Shown one piece after another: positions 28,616 through 36,676 of a stretch of DNA of 64,000 bases. Location of the stretch: positions 525 to 64,524 of the forward strand of contig CAYRIU010000046.1 in NCBI GenBank assembly GCA_964424615.1. The letters are read 5' to 3'. This DNA is from an uncultured Gammaproteobacteria bacterium (GTDB taxonomy: Bacteria > Patescibacteriota > Patescibacteriia > UBA1558 > GWA2-36-10). Position 1 is the stretch's first letter; every line of letters begins with the position of its first letter. The notes under the pieces are model-generated. The model was not told the origin of the DNA, did no database searches, and worked only from the letters and a program-made list of their open reading frames with translations. The position numbers and the translations under genes were made by a program.

Positions 28616-28638
28616 AATCTAGCTTAATAAATAAACAT

Positions 28639-28917
28639 ATGAACAAAGCACAACTAATCGAAAGCCTAAGCATCAAAGCTGGCGTCAGCAAAAAAGAAAC
28701 TGAAGATGTCTTGAAAGCTTTTGAAAACCTAGTCATCGAAAATCTAAAAGCCGGCCAAGAAATCACTCTCACTGGCTTTGGCACATTTTCTGCCAAAAAA
28801 AGATCTGCTCGTAATGGAGTCAATCCCCAAAAACCCAGCGAGATCATCACTATACCAGAGGTCATAGTGCCAAAATTCAAAGCCGGCAAAACTCTCAAAG
28901 ACTCTCTTAAAAAATAA
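28639..28917 (+). CDS. hup: HU DNA-binding protein
   Basis: MNKAQLI...GFGTF...GVNPQ...PKFKAGK. Confidence 0.95.
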   Translation: MNKAQLIESLSIKAGVSKKETEDVLKAFENLVIENLKAGQEITLTGFGTFSAKKRSARNGVNPQKPSEIITIPEVIVPKFKAGKTLKDSLKK

Positions 28918-28971
28918 ATCTAAATTATCCAGTTCTTCTCAAAATGCTGGATAATTTTTTATCAAAAAAAT

Positions 28972-29637
28972 ATGTCACTAACTTTAAAAGAAATAAAAAA
29001 AGATAATCGCATCAATGCTTTCATAGATCAGACTGAAGTCTATCTTAAAAGTCTGGGCTACACCGACCATGGACCTAGGCATCTCAATATAGTCAGCGAA
29101 AGGGCACAAAAAATAGCTAGGCATTTACATCTTTCTGCTCACGACCAAGAGCTAGCTGCCATTGCTGGCTGGTGTCATGATATGGGTAATTTTTTGGGAC
29201 GCACTCAGCATCACTACTGGGCAGCTATGCTATTTTCCCAATGCTATATAAACCAAGCTAATCCGGTGGATGTCTCCAAAATCATCCAAGCTATCACTTC
29301 TCATGACAAAGACGAATTAAAGATAGTAGATAAAATCACCGCTTGTCTGATCATCGCTGACAAGTCCGATGTCCATCGTACTAGAGTCATAAGTAAAGAC
29401 AAGAAAAAAATCAAAGAAGACATCCATGACCGTGTCAATTATGCCGTCACTGATAACAAGCTTTTTATAGACGACAAAAAAAAGACCATTACTTTGGCCT
29501 TAAAACTAGACACTAGTTTTACCGATATTTTAGATTATTTTGCTATCTTTGTAGAACGTATGACTTATTGCCAAAAAGCTGCTGATTTTCTCCAGTACGA
29601 ATTCAAGCTCAAAATAAATAATACTACCTTAGCGTAA
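28972..29637 (+). CDS. HD-domain phosphohydrolase
   Basis: YTDHGPRH, HDMGN, ADKSDVHR and HDRVNYAV. Confidence 0.85.
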   Translation: MSLTLKEIKKDNRINAFIDQTEVYLKSLGYTDHGPRHLNIVSERAQKIARHLHLSAHDQELAAIAGWCHDMGNFLGRTQHHYWAAMLFSQCYINQANPVDVSKIIQAITSHDKDELKIVDKITACLIIADKSDVHRTRVISKDKKKIKEDIHDRVNYAVTDNKLFIDDKKKTITLALKLDTSFTDILDYFAIFVERMTYCQKAADFLQYEFKLKINNTTLA

Positions 29638-30433
29638 ATACCAAACCTACCTTGCCGCCAGTGGCGGCATTTTTGTTGACATCCCAATCAGCTAGAGAAT
29701 ACATCAGATTGTCTTGAGTATAGATAAAGTCTGCTCCTAGTCTAGTACCGGGATCATTGGTGATAAATTTATCGCCAGTAAAACCCTTGATCACTAGCAT
29801 ATGATAGACTGGACCACCATTACGAAAATTTGGATTATCAAGCTTCTTACCATCAGCTGGTACTATCACCGGTCTCCCCTGCCTCAAAAAATCTTTTATT
29901 TTTTCTACTGTCAAATTATTCACTATCTCCGTCTTTTGATTATACATAGCTAGAGCCAGATCAGCCTCCTGACTGACTGGCAATTCTCCGTGCACTCCCC
30001 AATTTTGCACTTGCCAATCTACCATATCTAATATCATTTGTTCTACTGCCAACTTATCTGGCATTTTTTTATTTTCATAATAATATTCCACCATGATCAG
30101 ACTAGCTTCTTCGCAAGCATCCTGAAATGGCTGAGCCCAATTGGCTGTCGGAGCCTGAGAAGTAAACGGCACAGCTAGATTAATAGCTTCGACATTATCT
30201 ACTGGCTTAACTACTCGCTCCTCAGTTGGCGTAGCTTCATTTTTGATAGGAGTAGTAGTGTCCGCTGGATCATCTACTTGTTCTGCTGTATCTACTTGCG
30301 CTTTTATTTCTTCATATGTCTGAGCGGCGGGCAATTGTATATTGCGTTGATTAGATTTTGTCCAAAAAAAATAAACAAAAACCAGAACTCCCAAAAACAA
30401 TATGGCTAAAAAAATATATCTCTTGTATTTCAT
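29624..30433 (-). CDS. C39-like cysteine peptidase, membrane-anchored
   Basis: VPFTSQAP, DACEEAS, YHMLVIKG and TNDPG. Confidence 0.8.
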   Translation of the reverse strand: MKYKRYIFLAILFLGVLVFVYFFWTKSNQRNIQLPAAQTYEEIKAQVDTAEQVDDPADTTTPIKNEATPTEERVVKPVDNVEAINLAVPFTSQAPTANWAQPFQDACEEASLIMVEYYYENKKMPDKLAVEQMILDMVDWQVQNWGVHGELPVSQEADLALAMYNQKTEIVNNLTVEKIKDFLRQGRPVIVPADGKKLDNPNFRNGGPVYHMLVIKGFTGDKFITNDPGTRLGADFIYTQDNLMYSLADWDVNKNAATGGKVGLVFTLR

Positions 30434-30564
30434 AAAATTATAATAACAGCTTTATTTATTATTTACAACAAAATTGATGACTCAAAAAAAGAAAAGAACC
30501 AAAGTGTTGAAACTTCGGTCCTTCGCGTGTTGCTCTAGCGACCATCCATATTTTGGATAGTGGG

Positions 30565-30729
30565 CTAGAAGGTAGGTGTTGAACTGCCGTAGTTCGACAA
30601 GCCATTGTTGACAATGGTCAGAATAGTGGTGATCAAATTGATCAGCAGTTCATAAATCCCGGGTGCGAATATCTTGAATAAGATAAGCAAGAAGACGAGT
30701 TGGAAAAAAGCTCCCATGGCTCTAAACAT
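30565..30729 (-). CDS. small (54 aa) membrane protein behind a structured leader
   Basis: MFRAMGAFFQLVFLLILFKIFAPGIY...; followed by a hairpin and U-tract. Confidence 0.6.
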   Translation of the reverse strand: MFRAMGAFFQLVFLLILFKIFAPGIYELLINLITTILTIVNNGLSNYGSSTPTF

Positions 30730-30748
30730 ATGTTTGCTTATTAGCTTC

Positions 30749-30893
30749 AAGGCCTGAAAGAAGAACTCTCAAGGACTACGACTATTGTCCTTCTTTGGCC
30801 CATAGGCCTTATTCAAGTTCTCTCCAGGCAGCTTTACTCAAAGACCCTTTAAATAAGGCTGGCTGGAGAGAAATTCGCTTGTTTTAAGGTACT
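30749..30893 (-). promoter_or_regulatory. structured leader: boxA-like motif and two long hairpins
   Basis: AGTACCTTAAAACAAGCGAAT, then TTCTCTCCAG...CTGGAGAGAA (30818-30872) and AAGGCCT...AGGCCTT (30749-30810). Confidence 0.65.
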
Positions 30894-30933
30894 TACCCCT
30901 CTTATATATAAAGACGGCTAAAAATAGCCAAAA

Positions 30934-32445
30934 TTACAGCTCTGACCATATTTTATTGCGATACTGGAGGGCTTCTAAAATGTGCTCTTCCTCGATATTT
31001 TCACAATTGGCTAGGTCAGCTATGGTCCTAGCTACTTTCAAAATTTTAAAATATGCTCTGGCTGATAGCTGCATATTTTCGCTAGCCGCCAGCAAAATTT
31101 TTTCTACTTTTTTGGATGCCAGACAATATTGCCGAACCTCCTTTGAGGATAAATTACTATTTAACAAATTTTGCTGGCGGACTTTTTGATTAGTCCTAGC
31201 TTTTAGCACTCTGGTCAAAATACTTTGAGAACTTTCCGCTGCACGACTACTATGTATGAGATCGTTGCTTTTGACTTTTGTGACTGATAGGTGCAAATCT
31301 ATGCGATCAAGCAATGGTCCTGATAATTTTTTTCTATATTTCAAAATTTCCTGTGGTGTACAATGACATTCGTGAGTCGGATCAGTCAGATAGCCACAAG
31401 GACAGGGATTGGCAGTCGCCAAAAATATAAAATCAGCTGGATAATCTACCGAGCCCTTGATTCTAGAGACCGTAATTATTTTATCTTCTAGGGGCTGACG
31501 CAAGGCCTCAAGGACCGCGAGCGGAAACTCCAAAATCTCATCAAAAAATAAAACATTTTTGTGAGCCAAAGATATTTCTCCGGACTTGGGGCTACTACCA
31601 CCACCGACAATCGCTGAGACCGAAGCCGAGTGATGAGGGCTACGCAAAAAACGACTGCGCACTAAATAATTTTCTTCATTGAGCAAGCCAGCTAGGCTAT
31701 GTATCTTGCTGACAGCCAATGCATCTGACAAAGATAGTGGCGGTAAGATAGACAAAAAGCTTTTGGCCAGCATAGTCTTGCCAGAGCCTGGTGGTCCGAC
31801 CATTAAGATATTGTGTCCGCCAGCTGCCGCAATCTCCAAAGCTCGCTTAGCCTGAGTTTGACCCTGGACTTCTTGAAAATCAAAACTAGCCTGACTAGGT
31901 AAATCAAAAAAATCTACTGGCTTTTGTGCTAAAATTTTCTGTTGATCATTGAGGTGTCTGACTAGCTGAGCTAAATCAGTCACTGGATAGATATTTACAC
32001 CATCTATCACGCTAGCTTCTTTGGCATTTTTTTGTGGCACAAAAATATCCTCAAAGCCAAGGTCTTTGAGGGCCGCGACCATGACCATAATACCTGGCAC
32101 CGCCTTGACCAGACCAGTCAACGACAGCTCGCCAATAAAAGCTGAGTGTTCACTAATACTTTTTAGCTCGCTACTAGCTTGCAAGACACTGATAGCCATA
32201 GACAGATCATAAGCTCCCCCACTTTTTTGGACTTGAGCTGGTGCTAGATTGATGACAACTTTTTGCCGAGGAAAAACAAAACCACTATTTTCAATAGCGG
32301 CCCAAACTCTTTCCCTGGCTTCTTGTACAGCTGTATCTGGCAAGCCAACAATAATAACCTTAGGCAAATGCCTAGACAAATTAGTCTCCACTTCTACCAA
32401 GTTGCCTTTCAAACCCTGAATGGCAACTGTATAAATATTAGCCAT
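30934..32445 (-). CDS. comM: YifB/ComM Mg-chelatase-like AAA+ ATPase
   Basis: VGLPD, INLAP, GPPGSGKT, PHHS, NPCPCG and SGPLLDRID. Confidence 0.92.
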   Translation of the reverse strand: MANIYTVAIQGLKGNLVEVETNLSRHLPKVIIVGLPDTAVQEARERVWAAIENSGFVFPRQKVVINLAPAQVQKSGGAYDLSMAISVLQASSELKSISEHSAFIGELSLTGLVKAVPGIMVMVAALKDLGFEDIFVPQKNAKEASVIDGVNIYPVTDLAQLVRHLNDQQKILAQKPVDFFDLPSQASFDFQEVQGQTQAKRALEIAAAGGHNILMVGPPGSGKTMLAKSFLSILPPLSLSDALAVSKIHSLAGLLNEENYLVRSRFLRSPHHSASVSAIVGGGSSPKSGEISLAHKNVLFFDEILEFPLAVLEALRQPLEDKIITVSRIKGSVDYPADFIFLATANPCPCGYLTDPTHECHCTPQEILKYRKKLSGPLLDRIDLHLSVTKVKSNDLIHSSRAAESSQSILTRVLKARTNQKVRQQNLLNSNLSSKEVRQYCLASKKVEKILLAASENMQLSARAYFKILKVARTIADLANCENIEEEHILEALQYRNKIWSEL

Positions 32446-32595
32446 AATAAAAATCGCTTTTCTTTTCTTATGGCTATCTTACTACTAGCTATAAATAGAA
32501 GTCAAGAGCACTAAAAAACCACTCTAGTCTGAGTGGTCTTTTCATAATTTTATTTTAAATATTTTAATTCAACTACCAAATTTAAACAAAAATAA

Positions 32596-32886
32596 TTATT
32601 GAATATACCCAGTATAAACATACAAATAAAGTCCCACTGCTTGTATTGTTATCATTATTGTTGATAATATATAGAACTTCCTTTTACTTGGTAATTTATA
32701 AACTTTACTTAAAGCCGAATTAAAAAATGACCAAGCTATTACAAATGGGACAATATAAACAATAAAAAAGTATGGTACCAATGCCCCGATCTCACTATCA
32801 GCCTCTGACAACATTATATATATGAAGTAAAGTACAAATGGTATGGCTATAAAATTAGCTAAGAAAAAAAATAATTTAATTTTCAT
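32596..32886 (-). CDS. hypothetical membrane protein
   Basis: Three hydrophobic segments. Confidence 0.55.
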   Translation of the reverse strand: MKIKLFFFLANFIAIPFVLYFIYIMLSEADSEIGALVPYFFIVYIVPFVIAWSFFNSALSKVYKLPSKRKFYILSTIMITIQAVGLYLYVYTGYIQ

Positions 32887-32900
32887 AATTTTATTTAAAT

Positions 32901-33380
32901 TTATTTATTCAGCTGCCAAATAGTATAGTTCAAATAACCAGCAAAACTCACCCAGAGTAAATATGGAATCAATAAAGCGCCGGCCTTTTTATCCAGGCGG
33001 AAAAACCACAAAATCAGAGTCAAAATCATAAGCCACAAAACAATAATTTCTATAAAAGCATAAAAAGGATTGTGCAAGCCAAAAAATAACACTGACCAAA
33101 AAATATTAAACACTAAATGTACCAGAAAAAATACTACTGCGCGATGAGCACTCTTGGAGTGACTAGCCTTTTGCCAGATGAGAAACAAGGCAATGCCCAT
33201 CAAGATAAAAAGCGTGGTCCAGACTGGACCAAAAAGCCAAGATGGTGGATTCCAAGTTGGTTTGTTTATCGTCTGATACCAGGTAGCTATCTCAGGAGTA
33301 GTAAAAAAAGAGCCTACAAAACCAGCTCCCAAACAAATCAACACGGCCGAAAATAATTTTACAATACTTTTTGTTTTCAT
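32901..33380 (-). CDS. tspO: TspO/MBR tryptophan-rich sensory protein
   Basis: WYQTINKPTWNPPSWLFGPVW and LIPYLLWVSFA. Confidence 0.93.
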   Translation of the reverse strand: MKTKSIVKLFSAVLICLGAGFVGSFFTTPEIATWYQTINKPTWNPPSWLFGPVWTTLFILMGIALFLIWQKASHSKSAHRAVVFFLVHLVFNIFWSVLFFGLHNPFYAFIEIIVLWLMILTLILWFFRLDKKAGALLIPYLLWVSFAGYLNYTIWQLNK

Positions 33381-33401
33381 CCGGTTTAGAAATTAAATTT
33401 A

Positions 33402-33800
33402 TTAATTTACTTTTTCATTATTATATAAAATATCTTTTTCTCTAGACCCTATCTTATTAAGTATATCATCATAAACGCCTTCGATACTACTCAAAACTTC
33501 ATTGTTCCAATATCTTATAACTAATATATTCATTGACTTAAAATATTCTGTTCTAGAATTATCATATTCTATATTTTCTAATTGATTGTGCTGACCACCG
33601 TCAATTTCTATGACTAATTTTAACTTTGGACAGTAAAAATCTACTATAAATGGGCCTATGCCATATTGCCTACGAAATTTATAATTAATAAGCTTCTTAT
33701 TTTTTATCTTTGACCATAGCAATGATTCTGCTTCGGTCATTTGCTTCCTTAAATCCCTACGAATAAATTTAAATTTTGGATTATTAAAAATAAAACGCAT
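33402..33800 (-). CDS. DUF559 (Vsr-like) endonuclease-domain protein
   Basis: RRDLRKQMTEAESLLW, KFRRQ, IVDFYC, IEIDGGQH and RYWNNEV. Confidence 0.9.
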   Translation of the reverse strand: MRFIFNNPKFKFIRRDLRKQMTEAESLLWSKIKNKKLINYKFRRQYGIGPFIVDFYCPKLKLVIEIDGGQHNQLENIEYDNSRTEYFKSMNILVIRYWNNEVLSSIEGVYDDILNKIGSREKDILYNNEKVN

Positions 33801-33809
33801 ATTGTTTTG

Positions 33810-33869
33810 TACCCCCTCTGTCCTAGCGGACATCTCCCCCTAATTTAGGGGGAGAAGAAGAGGGGGTAT
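33810..33869. repeat. REP-like palindromic element, copy 2 (overlaps the lspA 3' end)
   Basis: ctccccctaatttagggggag core; matches 20693-20754. Confidence 0.85.
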
Positions 33870-34269
33870 TTCTCAATTGTCTAATTAAAAAATAGCATAC
33901 TCCGAGGAAAATATAAATATCACTAAGGTTAAAAACCGTAAAAAATGGCACATTAAAATAATCTATCACTCCACCATAAAACAAGCGATCCCAGATATTG
34001 CTAGCCGCACCGATAATGATCAAAGCATAGGGCCAAATATATTTTTTCTCATGGCCAAAATCTCTATACCACAAAAAAATTAAAATAAAAAATACCAAAA
34101 ATAAAATAGGATATAGTAGTAGCGGTGATACAGGCAGAGAAAAAGCTATGTTCTTATTGATATACAAAGCAAAAACACCATCCTCTAAGGACAATGTTTT
34201 TACAAAAAATATTTTCAAGAATCTATCTAGGATTATGAGTGATATCAATCCCAAATAGTATTTTGTCAT
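33823..34269 (-). CDS. lspA: lipoprotein signal peptidase II
   Basis: GAASNIWDR, GVIDY and VFNLSD. Confidence 0.88.
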   Translation of the reverse strand: MTKYYLGLISLIILDRFLKIFFVKTLSLEDGVFALYINKNIAFSLPVSPLLLYPILFLVFFILIFLWYRDFGHEKKYIWPYALIIIGAASNIWDRLFYGGVIDYFNVPFFTVFNLSDIYIFLGVCYFLIRQLRNTPSSSPPKLGGDVR

Positions 34270-34275
34270 AATGAT

Positions 34276-34638
34276 TTAAAGAGATTTTCTCTTGCAATCC
34301 ATACAAGCAGTAGCTGATGGAAAGGCTTCCAAACGCTTTGGGTCTATTGGTTTACCACAAGTTTCACAAAGACCATAGTTACCTTCGTCTATTTTTCTCA
34401 AAGCTTTATCAACATTGAATAAAGATATTTCTAAAGTCTTTTCTAAAGATAAATTTTTCTCAAAATCAACAACCTCAGCAGCATTCTCATCTTCTTTGTC
34501 ACCATAATCTTCGAATTTTGCACTAAAATCATTACCCTCTACTGGCACTGTATCTACGTTTAGCTCGCGCAATATTTCTTCTCGCCTTTTTTCTAATTCA
34601 CTCTTACGAGTGGCCAAAAATTTTGCATCAAATGTCAT
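34276..34638 (-). CDS. TraR/DksA C4 zinc-finger protein
   Basis: ALRKIDEGNYGLCETCG...RLEAFPSATACMDC. Confidence 0.9.
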   Translation of the reverse strand: MTFDAKFLATRKSELEKRREEILRELNVDTVPVEGNDFSAKFEDYGDKEDENAAEVVDFEKNLSLEKTLEISLFNVDKALRKIDEGNYGLCETCGKPIDPKRLEAFPSATACMDCKRKSL

Positions 34639-34721
34639 GTTTTATGGTTTAATTACCCCAAAATAATAGCAAATATTGACTACTTTGGCAAGATATATGG
34701 GGCATTTTTCAATTTTTTGCC

Positions 34722-35100
34722 AAAAAAAACAGGACACATCCGAGCACCCCTAATAGCATGTAGCTTTGTGGGCCGTAAGTGCGTCCCGTAGCGTCTTCAC
34801 ACGTAGCTTTTGACGTATTTGTTACGCCTGTAAGTTTTATTGGCTCCAAAGCATATGTGCTTGTGAAAACGTCATGTGATTCATTCCGACTCAGAATCAA
34901 TTGTAGAACTCCACCATTTAGTGGAAAGATCTCGTTACCTATCCGGCAACTAGGATTTTCCTTTTTTTATTTTGTTTTTGTTTTGCTTGTTTTCAAGCGT
35001 CGGTGGCTTGATGATCAAAACAGTGAAGCTCTTAGAGCTATACACTACTTTACTAGTAATGTGCAGTTCCAAGGAATGTATGAAGGTACTTATTTATCTA
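34722..35100 (-). ncRNA. candidate structured non-coding RNA, about 380 nt
   Basis: TTGACA-17-TATACT promoter (35136-35108); at least 7 helices; ends in a hairpin plus T-run; no convincing ORF. Confidence 0.55.
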
Positions 35101-35312
35101 CAATATAAGTATATCACATTTTAGCCTTTGTGTCAAAGCTACTTATTGGCTAAAATTAGCATAAATAAAAATATATTTTTCTATATGTTGACAATTTTGT
35201 CAATAATAATCCACAATCATCAACAACTTATCCACAGATATTAAAAAATGCCCGTAATTTGGGCATAAAAATAAGTTCTACTATAGTGTAGAAGATAAAT
35301 AAAACTTAAAAA

Positions 35313-36674
35313 TTACTTTACACAAGCTTTTAATCCTATTTGGGCATTACTTTCATAGGACAAAACTGTCAAATAATTGATATTTTTTTTCTGCAAAGCT
35401 TCTTTGATGGTGTCATTTTGTATTTTAGCAGTATTGACCTGAGCCAAATCGATGATTTGGTAATCCCCAGCTATCTGGCATCCTCCCAAATAGCTTTGGA
35501 TATTGTATTTACTCAGCAAAGTCGACTGTATCAGGGTCTCACTATTGGATAAATAGTAATATGCTCCGATCTGTGTGCCATAAAACTGGCCAAAATGCCA
35601 ATAGTCATACTGCTGATAATGCAAAGACTCTACCTCTGCACCCTCATCACTGACAAATTCGGTATATACAGTGCCATCTGGCAATCTATTTTTAGATTCT
35701 TTGACTTTGAGGTTTGGGACCCAATCATTGATACGAGATTGCCAGTCCACTGGACTGACCATTAGCCAATTATTGTGGGACAAATATATAAAATTATTCT
35801 TCAAAATCTGCTCCTCTATCTTTTGATCAGACAATCTATAATATGGCAATTCTGTAAATAGTGTTTGAATGATGTTTTGACTGACTACGCCCTGCCATTT
35901 ATCAGATTTGTGCTCACCAAAACCAAAAACCAGGTCAGCATTCAGGGGAAATTTAGCTTGATTGGGCCAAGCTACAGTGCTACTAGCATTGATCACCTGT
36001 CTTAGCTTGTCCTGCCAAATATGAACAGCTACTTGTCCATCCCTCTGCTTATATATATTGGCATAAATACTTGGCAGGCCATTGTCTAGTTGTAATAATT
36101 TTGTAAGATCAGCTAGAAAAATAGGGGCTTCATTTTTTGACCAAAAAATATTGACACCTACACCCAAATTATTAGTATCAAAATCTATTTTATCTTGTGT
36201 GGCATAGTGATTTGGCAGCCAATCATCAACGCTAAGCAACAAAACACCGTCATCAACCAATAAATAGCTGTATTCTGGTCTATTCGCTACTAGCCATTTG
36301 ACTGTTTCTTTACCTTTATCCAAGCGCAACAAAAAATTGTCATCACTAGAACCCCCCGTCTTAAACCAAATGACTTCTTGTGTGTTCAAAAAACCGTTTT
36401 GCAAGATTTTTTTCAATTCTGCAATCTTGGCAGTGGGCTCTTGGGTGTTTATAATCGATATTTGATCAATACCTAAATTTTCATAATAGCTAGGATCAGT
36501 CCAATTATAAAAAAACGTAGTATTGGCTGGCAAATACACTGCCAAAGGCTGACTAGATTTTCTAGTCCAGCTGATCATCACCACCACTCCCAGCAACAAA
36601 ACACCAAAAAAAAGCCACCAAGCTTTACTTGGTAAAAAAGTAAATTTAATTGGCAGCTTTTTTATTGTAACCAC
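35313..36674 (-). CDS. hypothetical membrane-anchored protein
   Basis: 453-aa ORF with N-terminal TM, abutting pnp. Confidence 0.7.
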   Translation of the reverse strand: MVTIKKLPIKFTFLPSKAWWLFFGVLLLGVVVMISWTRKSSQPLAVYLPANTTFFYNWTDPSYYENLGIDQISIINTQEPTAKIAELKKILQNGFLNTQEVIWFKTGGSSDDNFLLRLDKGKETVKWLVANRPEYSYLLVDDGVLLLSVDDWLPNHYATQDKIDFDTNNLGVGVNIFWSKNEAPIFLADLTKLLQLDNGLPSIYANIYKQRDGQVAVHIWQDKLRQVINASSTVAWPNQAKFPLNADLVFGFGEHKSDKWQGVVSQNIIQTLFTELPYYRLSDQKIEEQILKNNFIYLSHNNWLMVSPVDWQSRINDWVPNLKVKESKNRLPDGTVYTEFVSDEGAEVESLHYQQYDYWHFGQFYGTQIGAYYYLSNSETLIQSTLLSKYNIQSYLGGCQIAGDYQIIDLAQVNTAKIQNDTIKEALQKKNINYLTVLSYESNAQIGLKACVK

Positions 36675-36676
36675 TC

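Noticed and set aside
34709-35108. ORFs 34709..34900(-) and 34779..35108(+)
   Set aside because: Weak starts, no RBS, no recognisable motifs, and they overlap a densely base-paired region better explained as RNA
35186-35236. oriC (TAATCCACA and TTATCCACA boxes plus a ttgacaattttgtcaa palindrome)
   Set aside because: Only two boxes and no dnaA or dnaN nearby; a lone box also occurs at 25113, so these are more likely scattered regulatory sites
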